The notes: generated from the sequence alone by a model not told the origin. 64,000 bases of DNA from Chara braunii (GCA_003427395.1 BFEA01000024.1:1833563-1897562), one strand, 5' to 3'. Positions 1 to 14,784 are shown, counted from the stretch's first letter. Translations and numbers: made by a program.

Positions 1-2569
1 AACTCCACTACTCTCCTCGGCGCTGGACTCCTCCAGCGCTATGCCTCATCGCCGATGAATAGCGCAGTTGCAGTCCCAAAATAGCGCAACCTGTAGTCTC
101 CTCATAGCGCAGCAAGTGAAGTCCTGAACCAGCGTAACGCTGGATTTCCCCTGGTACCTTCTGTCCACAACTGGGCGTTGACCCAGCTTAAGTAGTGCTG
201 GGTCGGACCCAGTGAGTCCACGGCCTGCGTTCTGGACCGTGCAGATCGAAACTCCGATCCACGGTCCAAATCGCAGGCTTCGAAAACTGGTTCAGTCCTT
301 GGCCTAAAACGGCCTGCCTGGGTCCCTACCGGACGTGCAGGCCCTGTCCAGGATTCAATTTCTTGGTACCTGGCTTCAAACCGGTCCTGTGCGGACGTAC
401 CCAGCCTCAACGTCAGCCTGGGTCCGAACAGGTCAAAATCTGTTCGAAAACAAAAGAAAAGGTCCAAACGTTTTTAGGAGCTCAGCCTCTGGGCCTGAAT
501 CTGGCCCTGGTCCTAAAACGTGTACCTGGCCACAAAACGGACAACAGTACACCCGTTAGAAAAACAGCAGCAAATAAATAAATAAAAGAATATAAAAATA
601 ATCTAAAGCTGGCATTTTTCTGATGCAGGCCCAAGTTAAAATGCCATAGGGCCTTCAGGTTGCGGTGACGCGACCTGGGGGCCCTATTCCAACCTCGGGT
701 CTCGTGAGGGGCCCGTGTGCAGGCTTTCAGCATGTAACACCAGGGCTCAGAAACGTGAAAGCAGGTCAAAGGTCAAGCTCTCTGTCAACGGGCACATCCA
801 AATCTAAAGCAAAGGACATTGTCAAAAGACTTACCTATTCACCAGGAGATGTGCATGTCATGTCTGTTCGGAATAGGGTGTGTCTGTGCGTGCAGTCAGT
901 GCACCTGTTCGTGCAAAGAAGAGTGTCTATTCACACCTTGGGAGTGTCTGTTCAGGCAGTGAGTGTGTCTGTTCGTCTAAAGATGTGCCTNTCCGAAAGT
1001 AAGTCAATAGGTGAAGTCCCAGTTCTGGTTTAAGTCAAGGGAACAGTCCAGATCCAGACTTTCCAGTCCAAATCTAGGCCGAAAGGCCTCAGCAGCAGTT
1101 GAACTTCATTGGGNCTGTACTGGGACACATGCAATGCAGGGTCTGGGACGAAGGAAAGGCTGAACTGAGCNAANGNAGACCCAGCGAGGAGAGACCANCA
1201 CTNTAGAAGCAGCAGCCAGCCTCATTCCTCNCCAGATCTCCACTGGCCATNTCTGCGTGGAAGTGCTGGTGCGCTTGTGCGCTAAGTCAGGAGGAGCAGT
1301 GCTGGAGGATGAAGATGCGCTGAGTGAGGGAAGAAGCCTGTACGCTGGAAGTGATGCAGCCATAGTTGCCCAGCGAGTTAGTANTAGTAGTAGAGGGTTA
1401 GTAGTAGACAACTATGAGTAGTATTCAGAGTAGATCCTCACGAGTAAAGAGTGTGTATGCATCGTAGGANGAAGGGACCGAGGCAGAGAGTGTTCATTCA
1501 AGGCTTGGCTATGGAAGATACTTACNNGAANTGNCTGTGAACTGCAGAGGTGGCGCTGATGAGTNGTGACCACATTGATGACTNGGAGACAATCTGCAGN
1601 AGTAGCGTTGATGTATTGGGAGTCATGTTGATGAGTTGATGCTGGTTTGGCATTGCGCTGTTGAGCGCTGGACTCAGGGAACTATGNAACTCTTTGTAAT
1701 CATAATTTTGATAATATAAGCTGTGAAACTCGGTGTTCTTCTCATCTACCTTTGTCTATCGTGTGAGACTACTGATCATTGTGTGCGAGTATGATGCATG
1801 ACATATACACACTTGCGTGAGATGGTCCCCAGGACCCATGCATGTTTGGATTTGCTGTTTTATGCTATCGTTAAAGTCAGGCCCATCCAATCTAACATTT
1901 TCCCATTCAAAGGTGTTCCTTTTTGTCAAGATCGTACAGAGGACTGCACTTCTACCTATGGTGAATAGATTTTGAGAGAAATTATCTGAATTGCTCTCCA
2001 TTCCCAGGGCCATTCTTCTGTGGTTTCTAGTTGTTCCCATATACGATCCCACCACCTCCAAAGCCAGATAGAGCCTGGGCACTCTAGGAACAAGTGCTCT
2101 ATTGTTTCTGGTATTTTCCTACTTGGATATGCCGATTGGCAGAGTTTACACCACGGTTCTGCTATGCCCGCCCTTCTCCAATCAAAAGAGAATAACCCCC
2201 AACTTAGGGCCAGGCCCCGCGTTCAGGCTTCCCAATCATGAACATACAACGGGTGGGGCCTGCACCTTATTCTCAACCCTCACAAGGTTATTAATGAAAC
2301 AGCAACAGCAGCAGCCAGGCATGCGTGCACTGTTGATGGTGCAGATGGAAGAAACTTCTATGAAGAAGCACTGAGAGTGTGCAGTGGGGCTTGGGGAGGA
2401 CTGACAATTCACAAAGGCCAACAAACAATTCACTGGGCAGCAGTGGAGAGGTTTCATCAGACTGATGCTCCCCTAGCAAAAGTGGTAACTTACCCAGCTC
2501 ATGTGACTGAATAATAGTACACACAATAAACCACCAGTTTCTCAATGTGGAACTTATGTAATGCTCCTT

Positions 2570-2606
<37 letters not shown>

Positions 2607-4511
2607 AGTACCTCGACCATATACCGGCCACGAGAAAAAGATAAATCAGAATGGTTTCCACTTGACTGGATTTGGGCGCCCCAGCCCCACGCCCGTTCAT
2701 CCGAGCTCGTCACGGCTCGTATACGGCCGTGACTTTTGGAGGTACTGGTGGTTTAAGCTGTTGATAAAAGGATCAAGGCCAACGGCCTCGGAAACAACAA
2801 ACCAAAAGAAAAGTCAAACAATGGCTCCTTTATATGTCCTCCCCACAGGCTATCTCTGGACGTAATTGCGGCCAGATACATACAGGATGGTTCATAAATG
2901 CTGTGGCGGAAAGTCCATGTGGGAGTATGCCCTCAGACTTGTTTAGACTCATGGTTAACCCCGCACCCCAAGCACTGGAGAGGTCCAGGCTGGCCAGCCA
3001 AACGTGTCAGGTGGCGTGCAGACAGTCAAGATGTCCCGACAAATATCTGGACATCCTCACCCTGACTGTCAGATAGGGGGGCAAGGGTGACATCAAACTT
3101 ATCCGAATTCTGACGATGACCGTAGATTATGAAAATCCACGCCCAGAAACGAAGAATCACAACGATTGGGACTTGGCGAGGGTTGTGCTCCACCACATTT
3201 CTCCGAGGACTTTCCTTGAAGCCCTTTTCTTTTTTTTTTTTTATTGTTCTTGACGTCAGATCAGACTACTTCTATTTATAACCCAGGGAAAACTCATAGA
3301 AAAACAGGAGAACAAAAGCAACGTCCTATTTTGAGGGGCCACTGATTGAGACTGAAGTCCTACTGACCTAGGCAAAGGCTGGGATGGGGGGAGAATAGGT
3401 GCGTAAACCAGTGAAGGGATAAGAAGGTATGACAAAGAATCTGTTCACAGAGTAATTCTGCTGTTAGCCTACTGTGGTTCAAGCCAACCGAGTGCCCTGG
3501 TTAGTGGAGAGAGAGAAGTAGGGAAGATGGAAGAAGTATGCAGGAAATGTGGTAGACATGAACACTGTGAGAGCGCACAGTGACAGGATTAGGATGGGCT
3601 GAGAGGAGGATGGGAAAAAAGAGCACAGGGACGGGAGACATATCTGATGTGATGGGGGGAGAGGAGTGGTAGAGAAGTGGTAGATGGAGGTATGAGATAG
3701 TGGTAGCGAGAGGGGGGGGGGAACCTGGAGTGCGGATAGTCTGAAGAGGTGAGCAGTAAGCTAGAGTGGGCGTCTGAGGGAGGCCTAAGAGCCGAGCCAA
3801 GGAGTGATAACTAACTGCCCCGAGAGTGTTACTGCAGCCAGCTTATTGTCTCGTGCCCATGTGACCAAAAACCAATGCTGGCCCCGTGGTGTTCTGCTCA
3901 TTTTAGCTGTCCTGATCCAGTCCACCTTGATCATGGTCCTAGTCCAGGCCTTCATTTTGGCAGTGATGGTGCTGTCGCTGGTCCACTCATGCCTGAACAA
4001 AATATTGTTCCTCCAAGCCATTTTCACACTTCCAATCTCTGGAACTCGAAGTTATCCTCGTCAGGCCGCGTTCCCGTGCTGAATCACCGGTTCTTGACTT
4101 GGGAATTCGCAGGCAGGGTATTGTTTGGCAAGAACTCCATAAAAAAACGGGACAATGCATCAGGCCACAATTCTGGCCCCGGGGAAAATGGAAACCATGA
4201 TTTTTCTCCTAATAGCTCAGGAAGGGCGGATAGGTGGAGCCCCACAAACTATTACGGCATGGGTTATGGCACGGCATCCGTGCTGTATTTAATTTGAAAA
4301 GGGGAATTCTTCCAAGCCCCCACAGCAGAATTCCTGCATTTGGGGCCACTATCAGTCCAGATATAGCCATAATGACCATAGGTTCTGCTCGGGGGAAGAC
4401 TGTACCTTGGCGATAGTTTGGAGTCCATTCTATTCCTCCAGGTGGCAGGATTGCTTGCCTGTAACTGCCGCTCTCCCCCCACCCCCCCGGAACAATGGGT
4501 GCACACTACTA

Positions 4512-4616
4512 CCGTCTTCACCCGAATAGAACGCCCGGTCATTATAGCTGTATTTGGCACAACTTTCAGCCCAGATATGGTAATAATTACCGGGCGTTCT
4601 ATTCGGGTGAAGACGG
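4512..4616. mobile_element. Tc1/mariner (pogo-like) MITE forming a near-perfect hairpin
   Basis: TA|CCGTCTTCACCCGAATAGAACGCCCGGT ... ACCGGGCGTTCTATTCGGGTGAAGACGG|TA: 28-bp perfect TIR with TA duplication. Confidence 0.75.
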
Positions 4617-5339
4617 TAGTCACAGTGAACACAAGTCATATTGAGGGAAGAAGAGAGAAAAAAAAAAAAGAAAGACCAAGACCAGGGGGTATTTTGGCCC
4701 TGCTGTTGGGCGTCCCTCCATCACTCACCAAATCTGCAAATGAGAATGAATCTTCCGCTAGAACATGCAAAGATACACAGCCATGATTTTTATCTTTTGT
4801 TCATGTGGTGAATGGTGGATCAAGGACCGTTGGCAGCAGCCCTCAATTTCCGTGAAATTTGGAGCGGATTCGTCAGTGTAGCGCGATCCCATTCGTCAGC
4901 GCATTGGAGGAAAGAATGTCGGACCTGATGTCAGCCACCATTGTGACTTTCTCCAATATGAAAAAATCACAGCATAAAACAGGTTTCCAAATAAACTCAG
5001 ACTGTCACACTGTTATTAGGCTATTACTACCTCTGAAACCTAGAAGGAAAAGCTATAAAGTATGAAGGGGCTATGTCCCTTCTGATTTAGTGGGTCGGGG
5101 GTAGGTCCTCCTGAAGAGACTTGTGTACGCGCAAGTCGAAACGCGTCGAGGAATTGCGTATTTTTGCAGTGTTTGACAAGAGTGAAAGTTTTTGTCCTTG
5201 TCCTCCGTGTGAAACAAAAACGAAAAAAAAGAAAAAAGAAAAAAAAAAGAAAGAAATAAGATTCCTAAAATATGAATGGAAGAATCGAAAATTTCTGAAA
5301 CTTACGATGGAGAAAAGGTAGATGAGATTTTTTGGATTT

Positions 5340-5511
5340 TGCTGATGACGATGAACAACACCCTGAAGTGGATGATGATGAGTATGATGGTGACGACCAA
5401 CTCACCTACTGATTGAAAACAAACTGATGATGATGATGATAATGGTGAGGATGAAGACAGAATGATGATGCTGACTAAAGAGCAGCACCAACAGCCCCTA
5501 TGATAACAAAC

Positions 5512-5565
<54 letters not shown>

Positions 5566-5663
5566 CGACGCACAGTGCCCTGTGATGACTACAGGATGAT
5601 GATGGTGCTGATGACAAGCACCTTTGATGATAACCTAATGATGATGGTGACGATGATGATGAC

Positions 5664-5699
<36 letters not shown>

Positions 5700-6090
5700 A
5701 GGGATAAGCGGCGCCCTATGATGACGAGCTTTGCCAACGGCGCCCTATGATGGTGAAATATTGATGCTGGTAATACAACGATGAGTGACGAGCAGCGCCC
5801 CTGATGAACGGCTCAGTGATAATGATGATGATACGAGCGCCGAACAGGAGTGAAGATGTACGCCCTGATGATGATGATGGTGATGACGAGCAGCACCCTG
5901 ATGATGATGACAAACCATTACCGTGATGATGATGTCGATCCACGCCCTGTTGATGATGATGGTGACGAGCAGCACCCTAATGATGATGACGAAACATTAC
6001 TGTGATGATGGTGTCGAACCGCGGCCTGTTGATGATGGTGCTGGTGGTGATCAACGCCCCGTTGCTGATGACAAGCAGCGCCCTGATTAT
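5340..6090. repeat. (GAT)n microsatellite with degenerate GATGACGAGCAGCGCCCT minisatellite
   Basis: Pure GAT tracts near 5512-5565 and 5665-5700, interspersed with a recurring agcagc(g/a)ccct unit. Confidence 0.85.
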
Positions 6091-6499
6091 GCTACACATC
6101 TACCTCCTCATGATTGCAGTCGCCACTGCACTCGCACTTCAATTTACCAAGGGCTGACTCCACTATACTCCACAGGAATCGACATAGCCAACGCCTCTCA
6201 GGCCATATGCCATGTGCAAAAACGCAACGGCAATGGAGTGAAACGTGGAACTCCCAGATGAAGAAAAACGGGAGTCAGTCCAACCGCCACATCAGCTTGT
6301 GGCATGGCGTGGACAAGCGCCTTCGGTCACCTGCGCGTGCGCAAAGCGCCTGGTTTACAGAAGAGATGACCACCATCGCCGCCGTGCGCCGTCACCATGG
6401 CCCACCTGTGCGATGCCGCAACCCGGGGCGGAGCGCAGCGCTCCCGGTAGCGCCGCGCCCCGCCCCCCTCGTCGACCCAGCTCTCCTTGTTCTGAAAGC

Positions 6500-7376
6500 T
6501 TTGAATATCCGTTTGTGGTTGTGTGAAAACACCACGTGCAGCGTTCACACCATGGCGTTGTACGGCAGACTGGTGTTAATTTGATTCTCTCTCCATCTTC
6601 TAGTCTCATTGGGATCTCCAGTGAAAATCGAGCTTCTCCCTCGCTGGCAAATTCGAATTTTAGATTCATCAACTTCAGCCTTGTCTTGTCTGCTTCTGGA
6701 GGGTGTGACTTCATGATCGGACCGAAATTCTTCTGCAGCATATCTGCGATATGGAACACTGCTCTGACTGGTACTCTCAATACTGTAATCCAGAACTTGG
6801 TTTCTTCTTCGATTCTCCTTCTATCTTCAAGCTCCTTCTTCGTCATCCAAGGTTTGAATACCATCGCGTATTCGATGTTACGGACCATCACTGTGTCCTT
6901 GCCTTTGGCCACCATCCAACTTGCAACTTGAACTGAGGAGGAGACGTAGGTCATAACGTTAGGTCCTTCTGCTCTCACTCTTCCTCTTTTGACTGTTTGG
7001 TCAAACACTCTTCTCCTCGTCCATCCATTTTCGTACGCTCGGATTTGGTCTTCCCTCGTTGGTAATGATAAATCTCTGGCCGCCCCTTGGAAGATCACCA
7101 TGACTACTCTTTGCTTCAGCCATGCAGTAGTGAGTTCGCCGATTCATTGATCTACTTGGAATATATTCACTCTGTTTCCTCGGCGAATTCTCCATGGTTC
7201 AGACCCTCTGCATAGACCCCATCGTCGAAACATTTCTCGAGGAGAAGTTTGACTCTCGCTTTGTCAGATAGGTTGACTTCTCTTGCGCTGGGTGGCGATC
7301 TTGCTTCCGCGTTGTTCCTTCCATCTTGGATATTTCCTCCGTCACCGTTAATACTTGCACATGGTACGGACGCCAT
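6500..7376 (-). pseudogene. LINE ORF1 remnant (DUF4283/RRM-like region plus zinc knuckle)
   Basis: ORF 6355..7101 contains FKPW, FWITVLRVP and PWCERCTWCFH (CX2CX3H knuckle), typical of L1-clade ORF1; stops upstream and unrelated GC-rich sequence after ~6500. Confidence 0.65.
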
Positions 7377-8079
7377 CTTGAAGAAGCAGAGTAGGACTCC
7401 AGCTCCTCCACTTCCTTGTGTGTTCTCATTGTGGTAACAACCCTAACTACTCCCTACTTCTGATGTTCTCAGGTAGCTGCTGTTGCATGTGGACGCATCA
7501 TGGGTGGGCGTTGAGTCGACGCGCACGGAACATCTTAAGAAAATTCTTCGCAATGATAAAGTTACTCCATACCTATCTAGGTGGACCGAGAGTTGGGACA
7601 TCCCACGTCGCTTAAGACGGTTTGCTCGGATAGTGCCGAGCTGGACCCTTCTTCTTTACCGAGGGCTCATCATGGCGGTGAGTCCCTTTGGCCGGCCGAA
7701 CCGACGCCAGAGCGCCGGTAGCGCTAACTTGCGCCAGCCGCCTCACCCCGAGACAATATGTTTTCTCCCTCAAAAAAGACATTCTAGACCTAAGAGAGGG
7801 AAAAATCATCAAAAATGGGAATAAAAAAATAGTTTTAAACATCAGAAAAAGTCAGAGAAGAAAACACAGGTATCCCCCTGAAAAACAGGGGGATCACGAC
7901 TTTCTACTCACACTAGCACTTTTCTAAATGTATCTGACAGCGATTTCAGCTGTGTGCTGGTCCATCTGTGTGGGTGGGGAATCCGAGAAGTCGTATTGCT
8001 GAATCCAAGCAATCAATTTCAGTTCCCTTGCGCAAGGAAGAGTCAGACGAACAGCCATTTTTAATCAAAAAAAATATTT

Positions 8080-8410
8080 TACCTTTGTCGGTTCGGAAAA
8101 TAGTGGGCCTCCGACCTTTCAGGAGGCCGAAACGAAACGACGGCCGACGATCAGATTTATCAATCACAGCCGTTTTCGGGCCGGGCCTCCTAAAAGTTTG
8201 GGACTAAGCTAAAACGTGTTGAAACTGGATGGCGAAGGTACTACACTAGTACCTTTGTCGGTTCGGAAAATAGTGGGCCTCTGACCTTTGAGGAGGCCGA
8301 AACGAAACTACGGCCGACGGTCAGATTTATCAACGGCAGCCGTTGTACGGCCGGGCCTCCTAAAAGTTCAGGACTATGCTAAAACTTGTCGAAACTGGAC
8401 GGCAAAGGTA
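8080..8410. mobile_element. Two tandem ~160-bp MITE-like units
   Basis: 8080-8240 and 8250-8410 are near-identical, each bounded by TACCTTTG...(C/G)AAGGTA-type inverted ends. Confidence 0.55.
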
Positions 8411-8919
8411 CTAGCGGTTTAAACCAAAACGAAAAAGAAGCGCATGAGTAGATTCTAACGATTTCTTTCATGGTTTTTTTTTTTTTTTTTTTTTTTTTTC
8501 ATTCTTTCATGGTTTGGAAACAAAGCGCCCTCCTAGAAACTTTTGCAGTTCATTTTTTTTGACAGCCAATGGGAGGCAGCTTATAATCTCGGGCACGATA
8601 GAGAAAAACTAGTTCCAAAAAACAATATCCACCAAAAATATGGGCACTGTCAGATCCTGTCTCGGGACCATGCCCCTAGGCTTGGAATGCCACGGCAGTA
8701 GTTATTATTCAAGAAAAGAAAAGAAAAGAAAAGAAAACCGTGCTCTCAAGGTCTGCCATTGTTGGTCCAGCATTGCTCAATCAGATGGCAGACCGACCAA
8801 ACTGCAATTCATACACGACAGGACATCTGACAGCTGTCCAGATCGTTCTTGTTTTACTTTATTTTATTTTTCCAAACTTTGAACTTTTATAATTTTATTA
8901 ACACGGGCCAGCTCACTGG

Positions 8920-9355
8920 GTAGTTGCTGCTGTATCAAAAGCACAAAAAAAAAAAAAAACGAAAGAAGCAAGTGTATAGCCCATGCAGGTGAATCCTACA
9001 CAGTACCACATAGAGCAAGCTAGTAGTGAACGGATTATGATGACCTGGAATCCTCTGAAGGAATCAAGGCATACTCCCACTGGGACTTTTTTTAACTTCT
9101 CTGTAGATCGAATTACAGACAGGTGCATGTATCAAAACCCGAATGAAGTGTCTGCAGGTCTCTGGATCGTTGCTGCTGTATCAAAAGATTCAAAGCCGCA
9201 CCCAGCACATGTGGGTGATCGTACACAGTACTAAAGACACAAACGAGTAGCAAACAGATAATGATGACCTGGAGGAGTCCTCTGAAGGAAAAAGGGCATA
9301 CTCACAGAAGGATTTTTCGACTTATTAGTCGATGGATGCAATTACGGTCAGGTGC
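8920..9355. repeat. Degenerate ~245-bp tandem duplication
   Basis: gttgctgctgtatcaaaag ... atgatgacctgga ... ctctgaagga ... ggcatactc occurs twice (starting ~8923 and ~9169). Confidence 0.6.
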
Positions 9356-10084
9356 ATGGCTGGCCCTGGGGTTACCACATAAAATAAGGACAAAGGGGAG
9401 AGGGGGGTAGCGCAGCATACAGACCACCCCTTCCCCAAAGGAATCACCCTCGCCACCATCCTCTATAACTTCAAACACACACAGCAAGCTGTGGCTAATG
9501 ATGACTCATCAATAGTCTGGTTTTCAAAGGAACAGCTGCTGGAACTGCCAGCATCCAGAATTGAAACTAATTTTGCATGGAGGCTGCCCCAACTTTTTTT
9601 TTTTTTTTTTTTTTTTTTNNNNNNNNNNNNNNNNNNNNNNNNNNNNNNNNNNNNNNNNNNNNNNNNNNNNNNNNNNNNNNNNNNNNNNNNNNNNNNNNNN
9701 NNNNNNNNNNNNNNNNNNNNNNNNNNNNNNNNNNNNNNNNNNNNNNNNNNNNNNNNNNNNNNNNNNNNNNNNNNNNNNNNNNNNNNNNNNNNNNNNNNNN
9801 NNNNNNNNNNNNNNNNNNNNNNNNNNNNNNNNNNNNNNNNNNNNNNNNNNNNNNNNNNNNNNNNNNNNNNNNNNNNNNNNNNNNNNNNNNNNNNNNNNNN
9901 NNNNNNNNNNNNNNNNNNNNNNNNNNNNNNNNNNNNNNNNNNNNNNNNNNNNNNNNNNNNNNNNNNNNNNNNNNNNNNNNNNNNNNNNNNNNNNNNNNNN
10001 NNNNNNNNNNNNNNNNNNNNNNNNNNNNNNNNNNNNNNCAACCCGCCGTCCCACCCCCCCCTCAGGAAGTCGCCAGTATGGGTC

Positions 10085-11620
10085 AAAAAACTCGCCCAGG
10101 CTGACCTCCATATCAGATCACTAAATGTCAACGGCCTCTTGACACCTAATCCACAAAAAAACGGTTGCCATCTGGAATGAAATCAGGCACCACGACACCA
10201 ACAACTGGTCGGACGCTGTGCCCATACAAGAGACACACCTGTCATGCTCCCCACCTCATGAGGCCAAGCGAGCGTTCTCTGGCCTCCCCACAGCAAGAGC
10301 ATCATCCGGGGTGACCATTTGGATCCCCTTCGTCTGAAACCGTTTGATTATGATCGACAAGAATGGAGGAGAGTCTACCTTAAACCACCACGGTCCACCA
10401 GTACATGGCCCCTAGGCAACGGGAAAACCTGTTTTGAGCCTCTCCGAAAATTTAGGAGGCCAAGTGCCGTAGATACAATGAATCGGCGGTGTGCCGCCTC
10501 CAAAAGGGGTCCGCGGCCGATAGCTGGCATGTACTGTTGCTTAAAGGCATCGCTGGGGGAGGAGACCATATGCATAGCCAGGGTCTATGGCCCTAACGAT
10601 TCCAATGAAGGGGTGCAATTCCTGCAGACCCTCTATTGTGTGCTGCCCACAGAGAATCCCCTCATTATAGCAGGGGACTTCAACATCACACCGGAACCCC
10701 AGCTGGACTGCCAATCCACAGCCCAGCCTATAGACGGGGAAATGACACCGGATATTCTCATGCTCACTCAATTAGTAGAGGAATGGCAAATGTGTGATAA
10801 AAACAGGCAGCTTCACCCCTCTAAAAGGGCCTACACATGTCTACGATCTAGGAGAGAAGCAGGACTCTCGAACTCCCGCATAGACTTCTTCCTCATACCT
10901 CACGCTATCAATGCCCTGGCTGCAGTGGCTGAAATTGAGTCCATCAGCCCATGCCGGTCTTTTGAGGGATTCGCTCGGGCATATCCTTCACCAACACTTG
11001 ACACATGGTCCCAGTTTCTACAAATTTAACACACTCCTTAAACTGGAGCCGCTTAACAAAATAGTGGATGAATATTGGGCCTACTGGAAGACCCAGAAAG
11101 AGCACCATCCCTTGCAAGTTGATTGGTTCAATGCAGGCATAGCCAGCCTGAGGAAGAGGGTTAAGACGTTCTGAATCGTACATGCCAAGAACAGGAAAAC
11201 CACGATAGAAAAACTGGTGCACACATTGGAGCAATGACACCTCAAGATGCTGGACCACCCACTAGACCAGCAAACATACTCCCAACTGCGGTAGGTAAAG
11301 CACCACCTCCAGGTTTCCCTGGACCAGCGCACAGAGGCCTGGAGGATCCAAGTAAGAATTCAAAAAGGGGAAACAGAAACAATGTCCACAACCTTTTAAA
11401 GAAAAGCCAAGAACAGAGCGACAGAAAATCTGGTGCCATCACCCCTTTGACTCGCAACAGAGAGATGCTACCAATCCGTGTGGAATAGTGGATTATGCAG
11501 CCCAGTACTACCTAAACTTCTTCACCTCAGAGAACGCCTGGTGGGGGGAAGAGGCAAAGGGCCAAGCAAGACATGGGCTATTAAGTAATCTGATAACACT
11601 CTTATCACAACAACAACGAG
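10085..11620 (+). pseudogene. LINE ORF2 remnant: APE endonuclease domain and linker
   Basis: Motifs SLNVNGL, IQETH, VYGPN, IIAGDFN and SRIDFFL across frameshifts; truncated before the RT domain. Confidence 0.85.
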
Positions 11621-12699
11621 CGGTGCAGCGTGCCTCTGGCTGCCATGGCCTAGAGCCAGGGCTATCAGGCTATTTTGCCTGTTTGGCCTGTGGCCTGACC
11701 CCACAGGCCGTGTGCTTACTCAGTCCAGTCCAGTCCCGCCTGGTACCACTGTCGGTACCATGCCAGGCCAGTCCGGTCCAGTCAGTCCGCTGGGGGTATA
11801 CCCCAGCTGCAGTCTGTTTTCAGTCTCATTCTTCATTTGCACAGTTTGGAGTACGTGTGTGTTGAGTCTGCATTGGAGCTGCGCTGTCCCTTCTAGCTCC
11901 ATCTCCATCTCCCCCATCCTCATCCCTTCGTCTTGATCCTGACGGACCGACCAGGATGGGGGTCCGTCACACTGGTATCAGACCCACCCATCCCTCCCCG
12001 CAAGGCAGCGCAAGCGCTGCAATCCCAAACAGCGAGAAAAAAACAGGAGAAACAGCAGCTGCGGAGGCGTCGCAACGGGAGAATCCGACACGTGTCTGGC
12101 AACAGCACAAAGTGACATGACACGTGTCTGCATGTGTGCGTAAGCGCCAAGGCCAAGGCCGCCACACGAACGGGCCCCACTGCCCCCCCCCACCCCGATC
12201 CCAGATTATATATACCAAGATGTGGGATGCATGTTGCTGCCAGGGTTTGAACCTGGCCAGCTGCTGCTATGCGCATGTGTGGCCAGTGCTGTAATACATT
12301 GACCAAAGCCACAGTATGAGTTGGTATTGTGGCACGTTGGTGTTGAAGAGTGCCATGACAGCTATTTACGCCCCCCCCCCGGCGAGCAGCGAGCAGCAAA
12401 CGACATGACAACTATTTCCTCTCCCCCCCCCCCCCCCCCTTGTGGCTGTTGCCGCCTGCGCACGTGACCGGTGGCTGCCTGCAGTGCCATATGGCGGCTT
12501 GCTGAGGACCTTGAAGACCCCCCCTGGCTAGGGGGCTGCACTACAGAGGCAATCTGGGTGGCTGATCAAAATCTCAGCCAACCCCAGATTATCACATCAT
12601 TATTTTTTTTATTGCTGCGGCAGCAGGCCAACAGCACCTTGAAGGGCGAGATATTGTGGATCTTGTTAGTGTTCTCTGCTCTTGGCCACCCAAGAGCTT

Positions 12700-13260
12700 G
12701 ATATAACCTCCCTACTCACTAACCTACTCTCCCCCAAACCCTTTTCTCTCTCTCCCCCCATCATCTAATCATCCTTTCTAACTCTACCACCACTCCCTCG
12801 TCCTACCTCACTCATTTTTCTCCTTCCCACTGTTCTCTCATACCCCTCCCTCTTCACTAGTCTTCCACCATCTTTTTTTCCCCTCTCCTCCTTACTCACT
12901 CACTTTCTTCCACTAATTTTTCCTTCTCCTCTCCACCTTTCCCATCCCTGTCTCTCCCATTCTCTCACCCTCCTTTCCCCTTTCCCTCCCCCAACTACAA
13001 CCCCATCATCTCCCCCACCTCCCACTTCAATTTTTTTCTCTTTCACATCTATTTCTCTTTTTCTTTATCACTTTTTCATTCCCCGCTTTCCCCCCCATCT
13101 TCGTGTTTTTCCTCTTTTGTCTTTTTCTTTGATTCAAATTTCCTTTTTTTCTCCAAAGATTTAAATTATCTTATTCCCTACTTTTTTTTTTCATTTTTTG
13201 ATTTATTTTATTTTTTGTTCTTATTTATTCTAAAAATAAGATTTTTTTTGCGGCACCTCT
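12700..13260. repeat. Pyrimidine-rich low-complexity tract
   Basis: Strong C/T skew without a defined unit. Confidence 0.6.
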
Positions 13261-13860
13261 ATGTCTTGTTAGGACTTAGTTATTTATGCTATCAATGCAC
13301 ATTTTTTTATTTTTCAATTATTTTATTTACGATCAATTCATGACACCATTTATTAATGAGGAGCAACACATACTGGAAAACGGGTCCAGCATCCCATCTG
13401 CATAAAGATCAAAGTACAAAATCGTACTGCATCCCAGACCTCTTCTCCAACGACGGGCAAAAGAAAACTATAAGGGGTAAACCTCAACACTGCCCACTCT
13501 TAGCAAGATCCTCATTCTATTAGGTCCATAAACCATCTAGTCTATTCCAGGCAATTATGTATTGCCTCATAAGTTACATCAAGATTAAATAGCACAGATA
13601 GTGGTCAAAGCCGATGCAAAACCCTCCTTCTCATCCTTGCTGACAAGAGAAAGGGATGATTATCTGCTTTGTCAAGGTGAGCAAAGGCCAATGCTCACTA
13701 ATCTCCAATGAGCTCAATCACACTTTGTGTACTTTACCTTCCTTACTTCAGAAGAATCTTCCATTCAGATACGGGCTGGTTTGTCGCAATATTCTTCCCA
13801 TTTTGATTGCTCCGTCTGATCGAAGAGTTGCCGAAAGTTAGCCCTTCCATTCCTCCCACA

Positions 13861-13916
<56 letters not shown>

Positions 13917-13951
13917 CCTATCAATCTATCTATCAATCTATCTATCTATCT

Positions 13952-13993
<42 letters not shown>

Positions 13994-14152
13994 GTCTATC
14001 TATCTATCTATCTATCTATCTCGCGCGCACACAGGCCCCCTTTCAAGATGAACTTCCCCATTTTGACAGCATTCTAACCTAGATCGCTCCACCTTCAGGT
14101 TGTTCTACTTTATTCCGTATTGCAGGATGGCCCTTATTCTGAGCTGGTTTGC

Positions 14153-14245
<93 letters not shown>

Positions 14246-14723
14246 NNNNNNNNNNNNNNNNNNNNNNNNNNNNNNNNNNNNNNNNNNNNNNNNNNNNNNN
14301 NNNNNNNNNNNNNNNNNNNNNNNNNNNNNNNNNNNNNNNNNNNNNNNNNNNNNNNNNNNNNNNNNNNNNNNNNNNNNNNNNNNNNNNNNNNNNNNNNNNN
14401 NNNNNNNNNNNNNNNNNNNNNNNNNNNNNNNNNNNNNNNNNNNNNNNNNNNNNNNNNNNNNNNNNNNNNNNNNNNNNNNNNNNNNNNNNNNNNNNNNNNN
14501 NNNNNNNNNNNNNNNNNNNNNNNNNNNNNNNNNNNNNNNNNNNNNNNNNNNNNNNNNNNNNNNNNNNNNNNNNNNNNNNNNNNNNNNNNNNNNNNNNNNN
14601 NNNNNNNNNNNNNNNNNNNNNNNNNNNNNNNNNNNNNNNNNNNNNNNNNNNNNNNNNNNNNNNNNNNNNNNNNNNNNNNNNNNNNNNNNNNNNNNNNNNN
14701 NNNNNNNNNNNNNNNNNNNNNNN

Positions 14724-14784
<61 letters not shown>

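Noticed and set aside
1-1760. CACTA-like start, GGTCC/GGACC repeats and an LTR-like block
   Set aside because: Likely TE-derived, but no matching terminus or TSD could be defined and the sequence has scattered Ns.
8095-8320. Hammerhead ribozyme (stem followed by GAAAC)
   Set aside because: No CUGANGA box upstream of the stem.
9035-9290. C/D box snoRNA (ATGATGA...CTGA in both duplicates)
   Set aside because: Boxes only 11-14 nt apart, with no terminal stem or guide region evident.
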